Virus record (IMG/VR): IMGVR_UViG_3300025122_000008
Location: 1 to 64,000 of that record
Source: a virus
DNA: 64,000 bases
Strand: one strand, 5' to 3'
Shown piece after piece: positions 29,750-39,583 of this stretch; the stretch's first letter is position 1; the number at the start of each line of letters is the position of its first letter. A program made the position numbers and the translations under genes. Under the pieces are notes generated by a model. The model did not search any database. It was given only the letters and a program-made list of their open reading frames with translations, and was not told where the DNA came from.

Positions 29750-32700
29750 TGGCTAATATAAGCAAACATTCTTTTAATCAAACTATACCTAATGTATATT
29801 TAAGAACGGCTAAATTGTATAAAAACGGTAATAATACAATTACGGTTGATTTAAATATACTTTTTAAAGTTATAGATAATGCTGGTTTGAATAGTATAAG
29901 AAAACGCCTTCGTTTGGCTGTTTGTTTGGTTACAAATCAAGATGGGATGATGCGTATGTTACATCTAAAAAACTACGCTCGTCGTATTATTAAAAATTCT
30001 ATTTCAACAAACACAATAAAAACAAAAATTGCTTCTTTTGAAGATTCCTGTTTTTGTTCGTGCGAAGACGAAGCCCGCGGAAAAAATATTGAAATCATAA
30101 ACAATAAGAACGATTTTATTAAAAATTATAACCTTTCTGTCAAATTTGAATATGATGATGTTCCCTACAATTATATGGGGTGTTTTTTGGTACCATACTT
30201 GGCAGACCCCAATGCTGGAGTCGTTTCGGGCGTTACGCGAATTAATTTTGCTATTGGGAATGTTGTGGCAGAAAATATTTTAGTGGATAATGTGTTCCCA
30301 GCCAGGAGTTTGATTTATACTTTGGGTGAAACCGTCAAGGGCTATGGATCCACGGGCCAGCTTTGGGCCGGCCCCTATCACGTACAGGCACAGACGGCGG
30401 AGGCAGCCCGTGAGCTTCGGGCATACCCGAATCTTAAGGCGCCCATTGCGGATGCACATGTAATGGCTGGGGCCGGCCACGTTGGCCGACCCCACCCTCG
30501 CCTGCAGGAAGAAACGGTACCCAATATGAAGATAAGAGATCTCAGATATGCCCTCAACTATCATGCCATATTGGGCGCTCAAGCTAGAGACTCGCGTATG
30601 CAAGATATTAACTCAACTTTTCGTCATGCCGAAAACAGATTATTTGAAGATTTAGAAGTGTTAAAAACATTTAAGAGTAGAGATTATTTTTCTCCCATAA
30701 ACTATTCTAGAAATTTGGATGATTCTGTGACGGTGATGTTTAGTGCCGATATGTATAAGCTGTCAAAAAATATAGCAAAATATTCATTTTTATATAATCC
30801 ATCGAATTTTTCAAATTCAGTTGCTATTAAGGGCGTGGAGGTCTTCCGCCGACGCGTACAACACGATCCGTTGAATAATAAATTAACCGGAGTACCATAC
30901 GCTAATCGATGGTTTGATGTTAACGAAGAAGATGAGATAATCGCCTCTTTTCGTGATATAGATTCCCTACAATTTTTTACGTCTCCGAATTCTCCCGGGA
31001 TACATCACTGGACCGCAACGGATACTGGAATGTCTTCTATTACTGATGGGTTATATCGATATGGTGTACGCTTGAAGCTGGTGGACAAATCAATTCTAAA
31101 ATTAAATAATATGGTTAACACGCTAACTTCTGCTTTGGATAATTATAAGATTTATATAAAAAAGGCTGATGTTCTTGGGGGCGTTGATTGTGGGTCCAAT
31201 TCATTGAGCGAAGATCGCATTAAACAACTACTTTCTATGCCAGGAAGGCCGTGGGGAGCTTTGCTTAATGCTTATATATCTGTTTATGATCTAATTAATC
31301 CTCTTCGATCTGGTCACGTATTATTGTCTCATCTCCTGGCAAGTCTAGCATTTCCTCGTTTTGCAACGTCTGAAAGTCTTGTAGTGGCACAACAGATAGT
31401 AGAATCACTAACCAATAGACTTAGTCGTCTTTTGAATAAACCGCCCACATCTAATAACTCACAAGCTATGAGCTACAGATCCAAGGTGGACAATGTTTCG
31501 CTTAATTTGGCAATTATAGACGTAGAACATGAATTTATGTCTGCTTATAATGCTCGAATTACACATGGCCGCGGCCTAAGTTATACTCCGGGTCTGAAAC
31601 ACTCCGCCGGATCCCTTATGAAATACAGTCGTGCCGCCTGGAGGGGCAGAGTTAATCAAGAGTTAACCAAGTACGGTTCCTCCGACGTCAAATCAAAAAA
31701 TTCTAATATTCATGGATATTTATCGCCAACTACGATTGTAATGCCAAAGGGTGTTAATAATATAGCAATATCAAAAAAAATGAAATTTGATACCTCTTTG
31801 CAAATTTTACTAGCAAATAATAATCCGGCCGAAGTTGGTTTAGACTTGGCTCCTGGCTCCGGGGGTTCTATAGCGGCCGCTAAAATGGCCTTATTGGCTA
31901 AAAGTGGTATTAGTATGCAACTTTTTCGGCAAGGAGCGAGAGAATTCATTTCTAGAGATCGATCTTGCATGAATCTGCTTGATTCCAAGGAATATTTTGG
32001 AGCCAAGTCCGCTTTTGTTCAAGATACTAAGAAGCAGGAAGATGACCCAAATTTAAAGGGGCACAAAGATGCGGATTTGCGAGCATCTGATAGTACTGTG
32101 GTTAAAAATATAATACAGGATTACGCCAATGGATTTAAAAAAGAAGAAATGGATAATTTAAATAATATTTCTAACTCCATTGCTGTAAAAAATATGAAAG
32201 ACGCATCGAAAATGAATAATTTTACCTTCAATATGGTTTATAATTCTTTGCAAAAAGTCCAATATATATCTGGATATAGAGATGGATATGTGGCAGATCC
32301 TATATGGACCAAGCTGGACAAAGAAACGGTTGAAAATATGGATGGTGATTCGTATTTGATTTGCAGACTTAAGGAAGCCGGCTCTATTACTAAAACTAAA
32401 AATGCATATACTAAATCATTTTCTCCTTATAACCAACTATTTCTCATCGGATCCGATCCGCCATATAAGACGGGAGTGGCTGCAACGCTTCCGGGGGACT
32501 ATGGAGTGGCTGCGCCGGCCGGCGAAGGAATGGGTAGCTCTGGCACGGGCGCCCCGATCGCCGGCGATTTACAAAGGACCTTCGTGGCGCCTGTTGATAT
32601 CCCAGTTGAGTATTATAGGGCTCCCCCCAGCCCTGTTAGTGATTATTCCACCGGTTACACCCCCGGAATGCGTCGAACAAAGACCGCCCCCCAAGCGCCC

Positions 32701-32853
32701 GCGGGCCCGACCCGAGCCCTAGGCCGCCAGGGATCCCCTAGCTCCACTTCCAGGAAGACCACCACAAGCGCAGGATCTTTGCGTCGTACTATGGGTAGCT
32801 CGGGCCGTACTCCACGAGGCGGCTCCGGCGGCTCCCGCGGCGGCGGATATTAG
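29749..32853 (+). CDS. Large hypothetical virion-region protein with His motif and disordered Gly/Ser/Arg tail
   Basis: 1034 aa. Contains WAGPYH...MAGAGH....HP.L and ends GGSGGSRGGGY. Confidence 0.6.
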   Translation: MANISKHSFNQTIPNVYLRTAKLYKNGNNTITVDLNILFKVIDNAGLNSIRKRLRLAVCLVTNQDGMMRMLHLKNYARRIIKNSISTNTIKTKIASFEDSCFCSCEDEARGKNIEIINNKNDFIKNYNLSVKFEYDDVPYNYMGCFLVPYLADPNAGVVSGVTRINFAIGNVVAENILVDNVFPARSLIYTLGETVKGYGSTGQLWAGPYHVQAQTAEAARELRAYPNLKAPIADAHVMAGAGHVGRPHPRLQEETVPNMKIRDLRYALNYHAILGAQARDSRMQDINSTFRHAENRLFEDLEVLKTFKSRDYFSPINYSRNLDDSVTVMFSADMYKLSKNIAKYSFLYNPSNFSNSVAIKGVEVFRRRVQHDPLNNKLTGVPYANRWFDVNEEDEIIASFRDIDSLQFFTSPNSPGIHHWTATDTGMSSITDGLYRYGVRLKLVDKSILKLNNMVNTLTSALDNYKIYIKKADVLGGVDCGSNSLSEDRIKQLLSMPGRPWGALLNAYISVYDLINPLRSGHVLLSHLLASLAFPRFATSESLVVAQQIVESLTNRLSRLLNKPPTSNNSQAMSYRSKVDNVSLNLAIIDVEHEFMSAYNARITHGRGLSYTPGLKHSAGSLMKYSRAAWRGRVNQELTKYGSSDVKSKNSNIHGYLSPTTIVMPKGVNNIAISKKMKFDTSLQILLANNNPAEVGLDLAPGSGGSIAAAKMALLAKSGISMQLFRQGAREFISRDRSCMNLLDSKEYFGAKSAFVQDTKKQEDDPNLKGHKDADLRASDSTVVKNIIQDYANGFKKEEMDNLNNISNSIAVKNMKDASKMNNFTFNMVYNSLQKVQYISGYRDGYVADPIWTKLDKETVENMDGDSYLICRLKEAGSITKTKNAYTKSFSPYNQLFLIGSDPPYKTGVAATLPGDYGVAAPAGEGMGSSGTGAPIAGDLQRTFVAPVDIPVEYYRAPPSPVSDYSTGYTPGMRRTKTAPQAPAGPTRALGRQGSPSSTSRKTTTSAGSLRRTMGSSGRTPRGGSGGSRGGGY

Positions 32854-32877
32854 ATGTTTAATATTTTTTTAAAAAAG

Positions 32878-32884
32878 CTAATTA
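32878..32884 (+). promoter_or_regulatory. Putative late promoter motif CTAATTA
   Basis: Intergenic, upstream of the Hint-domain gene. Confidence 0.45.
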
Positions 32885-32929
32885 GTAGGAAATAATGGCT
32901 ATTGAAAATCAAATGGAAGGTGAAACAAT

Positions 32930-35900
32930 ATGACTCCTCTCTCGACCGGACCCATATGCTTTGTAATGCCCTATATTGACAGAAGAGCAGTGGGACGAGC
33001 ACCATCAGGTGATTGGTGGGCCCACGGACAGGGTCACCCGGCTCTGAGGACTGCAGACGGCTGGCTAGCGCTTGATAGATTTCGTGCTGCCATGGGTTTT
33101 CATTTTTGGGAAGGCGACCTCTACGGCGAGGATTGGTCATGGAGACATGGCCTGGCTTCACCAGTCTTAGCCGGGGATGGCTATAGCCTCGCGAACGGCC
33201 GATTATTAAGCCCCGTGGGCGACGGGCTGGAGGCCCCGTCGTCGTCGCCCGTTGGCTCCCTCCGACGGGAGTATCCTATCGCCTTTATTTACAGGACCTT
33301 CATCTTGGCCGACCCGGCTGGGCAGCCGACGATCCAGCCATCTTCGATATGGGCAGGACAACGGGACCAAGGTACCATGTTTCATGGATACCCATCTGAC
33401 TTCCCCGAGGGTCTACTAGACGAATTAAATGGCCTAGGCCACCCTTATTTCGAAAATTGGGTCTACAATAAAGTCCACTTGCCCACCAGTGAACGAGGAA
33501 TCCCCTCTGATGATGCCCTCGTTGGTCAATATTTAGATGATAATATTCCGGGCCTCCTTTCGCCGGTGTGGGGATCCTATGGCTATAAAGCAGATTACAC
33601 TACTTTTTGTCCTTCACCAACCCCGGTTGGCCCCACGCCCGACGCAGCCGCCGGCCCGGACGACACCACACTCTTTGATATTAGTGTGCGCGGGGTCTAT
33701 AATTCATATAGTCGTGCTCTAGAGGAGACGTTTACATCCCTTAATTTGGGCGAGCATTGTCTTCCAAATTATTATATGATGTTTTATGTTCCTTCGCAAG
33801 ATAGCACTAATACTGTAGAGATGCCGACGATATATCAGAGACAAATAGATCTCGCCCAAGCCGCCAATTGGGGTCACGGGCCCGCTGACGAAGGCGGCGC
33901 CGACCCGAACGGGGTACCCAGTCTCGATCAGCCGGCTTCTTTCTACCAAGAATTAAATGCTGCATATGCTGCACTAAGAGATAACGGCGAAAGCCGCGGC
34001 ACCACCATCAGCGAAGTTACCGCTGCTATGGAAAAATATAAAGTTATTGTGGTAAGACCCCGGGCCCATTCAGAAATAACGTCCCCGGGTAGCGATATAA
34101 ACAATCAATTTAAGATAGACACTTTACCATATTATATAGATATCCAATATAACGATAATGGTGCGGATGTTGCCCCGCTGACTCACCCCCCGAGTTTGTT
34201 TAATCCTAGTGGAGATTTTATATACGAAAGGGTTAGTAGTTTTTTTAGGAGATGGGGAATGTATGACATTCTGATGGATTTGATAGTTGAGGGCGATACC
34301 GGCGCTCGTTCTACTCCCGTAAATCCGTCCAGCAGCGAGATCCTTCCCGATAACTCCGTCGAATTCGGTATATTTGCTGACTCCGGCGACACAACATACG
34401 TAAATCTTACATGGATTATCCGCCAACTCGGCCGTTCTAATCTCTGGAATGACGGCGACCCGGCTACCGAGCCAGCTGGAGGCCTACCGGGCGCTAGCTC
34501 CTCATGGCCGAAGATGGACCTCCCAACGGGATACACAGACGCGTTCCTTAGTATTCAGCCGGGAGCGGATCCTGATGCAGACGCTACGGGAGTTTATTTG
34601 GACAAGCCATCATTTTGGACTGGCCGGAGCCCATTCCCCGGCCCGACTCCGCCGGCGACCGGCGTTTATAATGACGCCATCTCCGCTACTTTGGGTGAGA
34701 CCACGAACCTTGCCGCGGCAACTCCGGGCATCATTGCGTTCTCTCAATTCGCCCAATTTGACTCCATGAAAGACGACCTAAGGACCCTTATTGTAAATTT
34801 GCAACGTACCCCCGCGGAGTTGTTCGAAGGTGTGGGTTGTTATTCTGAAACAGTTGCTTATAAAATAGAGAAGTATAGGGTCCACCCCTCCACAGGAAAT
34901 CGTACGAACGTTCAGACATTTTATATCCCCTGTATGCCGAATCCTGCAGATGATAGTTGTAGCTTCAGGTATATTGATACACAAGTAATTTATGGGTTTG
35001 AATATGTATATGACATACACCCAATAAAGATTGTTGTTGGGACAGTGTATGGTTACGCTGACGTAAATGTTTCTACGACAGCCACTAAGGGTAATGGGCG
35101 CGCCCTAGGAAACGCATTGGGATTTTATGAAGACCTCGCGGGCCCGGGCGGCATGCCCGGGCCACACAACGCGAACCGTTGGTCGACGTGGATGGATGAT
35201 TATTTACGTGATAATGAAGACACCTCCGACGCTTCCATGCACCGGGGCTCTTTTGTATTAGCACATCCATCCCTGGACGGCATACTCTGTGGTTTGGGTG
35301 AGAATGAAATCCCCTTCACCGAGTCCTACAAGTCCGGAATCAGACTGAACGAGCAGGACGTACAGCCCTTTATCAAAGAACGAGTTTCGCTACAACTCCG
35401 GCCCGGCGACGGTGTCGACAAGAACGAGGACGGCGGTGCGATTGCCGAGGCCCTAGGCGCCTGGAAGCCCGCGGTGCCGTACGTGATGACCGAGGCCGAG
35501 GAGACCTGGTGTATCTTCAACGACGCTATGGACGTGGATGAAGAGTGCTTCGTTGCCGGTACGAAGGTAGCCGCTATTATCGATGGACAAATTCAACTTG
35601 TTAATATTGAAGATCTTCAATCTGGAGATTTGGTGATGTCTTATAATCTTGTTAGCAGGAGCACAGAAGCAAAATCGATTGTACGAACCAGTTCCCCGAT
35701 TCACAGTGATATTGTCGAGTTTGGATTCTCAAACGGAACCACAACCCAACACACTTATGATCATCCATATTATGTAGAAAATAAGGGCTGGTCTTCATAT
35801 ACACCGGAAAAGACTATCGAAACATATAAAAATCCTGAACTTGAGAATACTTCAAGAATTGAGATTGGAGATCGGTGTAGACTGATTAGTGGAGAACTTG

Positions 35901-36130
35901 TAACGTTAGTGGCCATAACAGAAGTGTTTAGCGGCCCAACACAAACCTACAATATTGTGGTTGAGGACAATCACAATTACTTTGCCGATGAAATTTTAGT
36001 GCACAACAAGACGGTGGAAGGCACCCCAGGCCCAGGACCGGGCGATCCGGACGATCCTCCAATGGGCGGTGAACAGGGGCCCGAGGACGACGACACCGAC
36101 CCCGATGACCAGCGGATGCTTGAGGACTAA
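32930..36130 (+). CDS. Large virion-region protein with C-terminal Hint (intein-like) domain
   Basis: 1066 aa with a GAAGGTG RBS. Hint domain CFVAGT...TYDHPYY...TYNIVVEDNHNYFADEILVHN near the C-terminus. Confidence 0.7.
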   Translation: MTPLSTGPICFVMPYIDRRAVGRAPSGDWWAHGQGHPALRTADGWLALDRFRAAMGFHFWEGDLYGEDWSWRHGLASPVLAGDGYSLANGRLLSPVGDGLEAPSSSPVGSLRREYPIAFIYRTFILADPAGQPTIQPSSIWAGQRDQGTMFHGYPSDFPEGLLDELNGLGHPYFENWVYNKVHLPTSERGIPSDDALVGQYLDDNIPGLLSPVWGSYGYKADYTTFCPSPTPVGPTPDAAAGPDDTTLFDISVRGVYNSYSRALEETFTSLNLGEHCLPNYYMMFYVPSQDSTNTVEMPTIYQRQIDLAQAANWGHGPADEGGADPNGVPSLDQPASFYQELNAAYAALRDNGESRGTTISEVTAAMEKYKVIVVRPRAHSEITSPGSDINNQFKIDTLPYYIDIQYNDNGADVAPLTHPPSLFNPSGDFIYERVSSFFRRWGMYDILMDLIVEGDTGARSTPVNPSSSEILPDNSVEFGIFADSGDTTYVNLTWIIRQLGRSNLWNDGDPATEPAGGLPGASSSWPKMDLPTGYTDAFLSIQPGADPDADATGVYLDKPSFWTGRSPFPGPTPPATGVYNDAISATLGETTNLAAATPGIIAFSQFAQFDSMKDDLRTLIVNLQRTPAELFEGVGCYSETVAYKIEKYRVHPSTGNRTNVQTFYIPCMPNPADDSCSFRYIDTQVIYGFEYVYDIHPIKIVVGTVYGYADVNVSTTATKGNGRALGNALGFYEDLAGPGGMPGPHNANRWSTWMDDYLRDNEDTSDASMHRGSFVLAHPSLDGILCGLGENEIPFTESYKSGIRLNEQDVQPFIKERVSLQLRPGDGVDKNEDGGAIAEALGAWKPAVPYVMTEAEETWCIFNDAMDVDEECFVAGTKVAAIIDGQIQLVNIEDLQSGDLVMSYNLVSRSTEAKSIVRTSSPIHSDIVEFGFSNGTTTQHTYDHPYYVENKGWSSYTPEKTIETYKNPELENTSRIEIGDRCRLISGELVTLVAITEVFSGPTQTYNIVVEDNHNYFADEILVHNKTVEGTPGPGPGDPDDPPMGGEQGPEDDDTDPDDQRMLED
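35546..36007 (+). other. Hint domain (154 aa, no endonuclease, C-terminal HN followed by Lys)
   Basis: Block A CFVAGTKV, IEDLQSGDLVMS, block B TYDHPY, blocks F/G TYNIVVEDNHNYFADEILVHN|K. Confidence 0.9.
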
Positions 36131-36503
36131 GAGGTATCGATAATGATTATTATAAATAGGAGAAATAAATAATGGATCCACACCATGCCTACCGCGAGCC
36201 CGGAAATTTAGGGTGGTGGCTCGACATTACAGAGACGGGGCTAAATGGTGCAGTCGCGAATCGATTTTCTGTACCATTGCCGTTTGACAAGGGCCAAATC
36301 ACCCTGTGGAACTTCGAGGACGAGATGAATTATGTTCTGCAGAATTTTCTTCCTGATCTTGAAGTAACCGAGCGCTCGTATAGTTACTCCCTGGTGCCGA
36401 AAAGGCTCCATGCCGGCACATCCGCTCAAGACACGCGCATGTTAATTCTACATTATATCAGGTGCACCGCGGCCGACCCCGAGGACCCCGAGGACGACGA
36501 CAC
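36080..36503 (+). repeat. 17 bp exact direct repeat CCCGAGGACGACGACAC (36080-36096 and 36487-36503)
   Basis: Both copies are codon-aligned and encode PEDDDT, one in each of two adjacent ORFs. Spacing 407 bp. Confidence 0.8.
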
Positions 36504-37494
36504 ATACAAGAAATTTAGTGTTAAATTTATTAATGGTCCTCATGGTCTAAACGGGGTCAACGAGATGGAATGGGATCCTAGCTTGATCCCCGATGTTGGC
36601 GCGCCGCTAGTAGATATCCCAGACGAGTACTATGTTACCTCAAAAATGAAAATGTATGCTCGAACTAACGTTGGTGCGTTTTCACCATTTTACAGTACAT
36701 CTGTCATGGTACAGGATAAACCACCGATGTCTCCTGACGCTGAATTTGTTCCCTATAGAAATATTAACAATAGGATGCTTATTATATTGAGCGGCCAAAC
36801 CGGAGTCAAAGAAGAGGTGCCAGTTCTTATTTTGGATGCCGATAATCAAAAATTTAATAATGTGTATATATCACAAGGCAAAAGTGCAAATGATTTTACC
36901 CAGACAATGGAATTTTCAAGCGATGACCCTGTCTATACGTATCAATTGTTTAGAACGACGGTGCCACCAACCACATACTCAGATTTTAGTGAAAACTTGT
37001 TGTCTGAATATACAGAATTTGCCGGCGACGAAACACCAGCTACATTGGCAACCTATGTGGATCATATTCTGCCGAATACAAAATATTATTATTGCTTTAG
37101 ATCTGTGGATATACATGGTAATATATCTAATCCAACTGCAATATATCAGGTGGAGATGATTGATAACAATGGGCAGATATATCCAGATATTCGTTTGTAT
37201 GGTGGTTGCGCAGATATTAATCAAAAAGATTTAGCAAAACCTGGAAGACGATTTATTTATATTGCACCCTCGACGAGTCAAACTAACCTGGAAGGAGATA
37301 CCGACATCAACCTGCCGTTGGGCAACTCGCTGCCACTAAACCCATTGGTGGCACCTAGTAATAATATTCTTGGTACTCCCGGAGAAGACCCGGTATGGGA
37401 TAAAATCTTCAAGATTAGATTGACTAGTAAAAAAACGGGTCGAAAGACGGATCTTAATTTGATCTTTAAAAATACAGGGGTAATAGATCCTTAG
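36172..37494 (+). CDS. Virion-region protein with Fn3-like segment
   Basis: AGGAG RBS. DKPPMSP...YQLFRT...YVDHILPNTKYYYCFRSVDIHGNISNPT is an Fn3-like C-terminal strand pattern. Confidence 0.6.
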   Translation: MDPHHAYREPGNLGWWLDITETGLNGAVANRFSVPLPFDKGQITLWNFEDEMNYVLQNFLPDLEVTERSYSYSLVPKRLHAGTSAQDTRMLILHYIRCTAADPEDPEDDDTYKKFSVKFINGPHGLNGVNEMEWDPSLIPDVGAPLVDIPDEYYVTSKMKMYARTNVGAFSPFYSTSVMVQDKPPMSPDAEFVPYRNINNRMLIILSGQTGVKEEVPVLILDADNQKFNNVYISQGKSANDFTQTMEFSSDDPVYTYQLFRTTVPPTTYSDFSENLLSEYTEFAGDETPATLATYVDHILPNTKYYYCFRSVDIHGNISNPTAIYQVEMIDNNGQIYPDIRLYGGCADINQKDLAKPGRRFIYIAPSTSQTNLEGDTDINLPLGNSLPLNPLVAPSNNILGTPGEDPVWDKIFKIRLTSKKTGRKTDLNLIFKNTGVIDP

Positions 37495-37515
37495 GGAAAC
37501 TTATCGATTTTATTA

Positions 37516-37522
37516 CTATTTA
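37516..37522 (+). promoter_or_regulatory. Putative late promoter motif CTATTTA
   Basis: Intergenic, upstream of the GAGG RBS of 37541. Confidence 0.45.
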
Positions 37523-37540
37523 TAGAAAGAGGAAACTTTT

Positions 37541-38482
37541 ATGGGATTTTTAGACAATTCGGGAGATATTATTTTAGATGCCGTTTTAACGGACGAGGGC
37601 AGAAAACGATTAGCAAAGGGGGATTGTAGTTTCAATATTTCTAAGTTTGCTCTCGGAGATGATGAAATTAATTATACACTATACAATAAGAACCACCCTA
37701 GCGGTTCTCAATATTATGATTTGGAGATCCTTCAGACTCCAGTACTTGAGGCATTTACCAACAACACCTCTACTATGAATTCTAGACTTGTTTCAATACC
37801 CAGAAATAATGTTTATTATCTTCCCATAATGAAATTGTATAATCGTTCCAATTTTTCGCAACATGCTAATGGAAGTTATAATGTTTTGGTTGATATGGCC
37901 ACGGTTGATTATGCAAAAGAAAGCAATAGCGTTAAATATGCTGGCCAATTGGGTTCTGGTCTTCTAAACGGATATCAGCCGGGCGCAACGGAGAATGCAG
38001 TTGCGATTGATCAAGGAATAGACAATGCCCTTCACCCCCGAACGGTGGCCATACCAAATGATTTAAGAGAGACCGCTTTTATAGTTCAAATGGATAATCG
38101 GTTAATTTCGTTGGTTTCGGCAGCTAGCGCGAACCAACAGACCTATTCTTTTATCGATGATGACCAAATAGCAATGTATTATGTACAATCGCCTAGCGAT
38201 CTTATAGGATTTTTAGGAACGGATGCAACCACTGATTCAACAATATTGGGCTCCCGGGGAGCAAGATTTTCATTTAGACTTAAGGCCAGCAACGAAGTAG
38301 CCAGCTCTTATAGTCTGTTCGAGAGAATCGGAAGACAAACCGCTTCTGGTGCCAATATCGCAAACGCCGATGGGACCGCCATAACTCAGTATTGGTCAAT
38401 AGATACTAATGTGCGCATCACCGGGATTACCACTGGGTATCGTATAGATATTCCCGTTAAACTAGTTAAGTATTATACTTAG
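37541..38482 (+). CDS. Baseplate / tail-collar-like structural protein
   Basis: DAVLTDEGRKRLAKG...ISKFALGDDEINY, LQTPVLEAF. GAGG RBS. Confidence 0.55.
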   Translation: MGFLDNSGDIILDAVLTDEGRKRLAKGDCSFNISKFALGDDEINYTLYNKNHPSGSQYYDLEILQTPVLEAFTNNTSTMNSRLVSIPRNNVYYLPIMKLYNRSNFSQHANGSYNVLVDMATVDYAKESNSVKYAGQLGSGLLNGYQPGATENAVAIDQGIDNALHPRTVAIPNDLRETAFIVQMDNRLISLVSAASANQQTYSFIDDDQIAMYYVQSPSDLIGFLGTDATTDSTILGSRGARFSFRLKASNEVASSYSLFERIGRQTASGANIANADGTAITQYWSIDTNVRITGITTGYRIDIPVKLVKYYT

Positions 38483-38495
38483 GAAGGAATAGAAA

Positions 38496-39575
38496 ATGAC
38501 TACGACTACATTTAAAGAATTGGGCCCGGGCGATATTGTTTCTAGCCGCACCCTACTACACGAGAGTGTTCCCCTCACCGGCACGATCATGTCAGGGACG
38601 TATACAGACTCAGCAGGTACCGAATACAATGTTAAGACATTTGCGCATGGAATGTTTCAATCTATGTACGATTATCCCTATCTAAGTTCATCTGCAAATC
38701 ATGTTGTAGATTTAACGGTGGGATACTCAAGTCAAGCTGGATCTTTAACCCTTTCTTCCTCTACAAATGTTCAAAATTCAAAGAAGTGCAACATATACAA
38801 CCAGATGGCGCAAGTTTTAGTAGGGCACGATATAACAGGGGGAATTAGAAGATTTGATCAAGATGGCCTGTTAGAATCTGGTGTAAAGATTGATAATGCG
38901 TTCTTTGTCAATTTCACGCGACTTTTATCAAAAGATGAGATTAAAAAAGGCTCTTTCCAGATGACAGTTTATACTGGCAGCGTTGTGAATGCTCCAACTG
39001 GAGGTTTGACGCTTTATGATGCATCGGTCGACAGATACCTGGTTAATTCACCCGCAGGCGAATACACCTTACTACACACCTCTTCTGATGGAGGCGCCAA
39101 TAGCGATGATGTTCCGGTCGGACTTCTCTATTATCAGGCTGGAATTGCGGTTTTAACCTCCAGCATATTTACTTTTGAAGAAAGTCAGGGTGAAAGCGCG
39201 AAATATTTTGGAGACGTCTTGTCTTCTTCGTGGAGCGTAAGCGGCTCCTTCACTGGTTCCTCCATTGATAACGCATGCGACGGATTTAGAAACAGATTAA
39301 AGAACATACAGTTTAACAACACCACCGAATTGAACTCTACAATTTACTTCTGCAGGGTACACCACAACGAGTTTAACTATAGCTCTAATCCCACATATTT
39401 AAGTGCTAGCACCATTAGGGTTAAGAATGTGGCAGGAGATATTCCAATATCATATATTACTACGGTTGGGCTGTATTCTGCCGACAACGAGTTGATGGCA
39501 ACAGCTAAGCTATCTGAGCCCTTAAGAAAAGATTCTAACAACGAATTTACTTTGCGTGTTAGATTGGATTATTAA
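38496..39575 (+). CDS. Baseplate / tail-collar-like structural protein
   Basis: C-terminal EFNYSSNPT...YITTVGLYSADNELMATAKLSEPLRK...RVRLDY. Paralogous to the next gene. Confidence 0.6.
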   Translation: MTTTTFKELGPGDIVSSRTLLHESVPLTGTIMSGTYTDSAGTEYNVKTFAHGMFQSMYDYPYLSSSANHVVDLTVGYSSQAGSLTLSSSTNVQNSKKCNIYNQMAQVLVGHDITGGIRRFDQDGLLESGVKIDNAFFVNFTRLLSKDEIKKGSFQMTVYTGSVVNAPTGGLTLYDASVDRYLVNSPAGEYTLLHTSSDGGANSDDVPVGLLYYQAGIAVLTSSIFTFEESQGESAKYFGDVLSSSWSVSGSFTGSSIDNACDGFRNRLKNIQFNNTTELNSTIYFCRVHHNEFNYSSNPTYLSASTIRVKNVAGDIPISYITTVGLYSADNELMATAKLSEPLRKDSNNEFTLRVRLDY

Positions 39576-39583
39576 GGAATGAG

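Noticed and set aside
35546-36007. Canonical mobile intein
   Set aside because: The +1 residue is Lys, there is no homing endonuclease, and the host is not a conserved enzyme motif. Reported instead as a Hint auto-processing domain.
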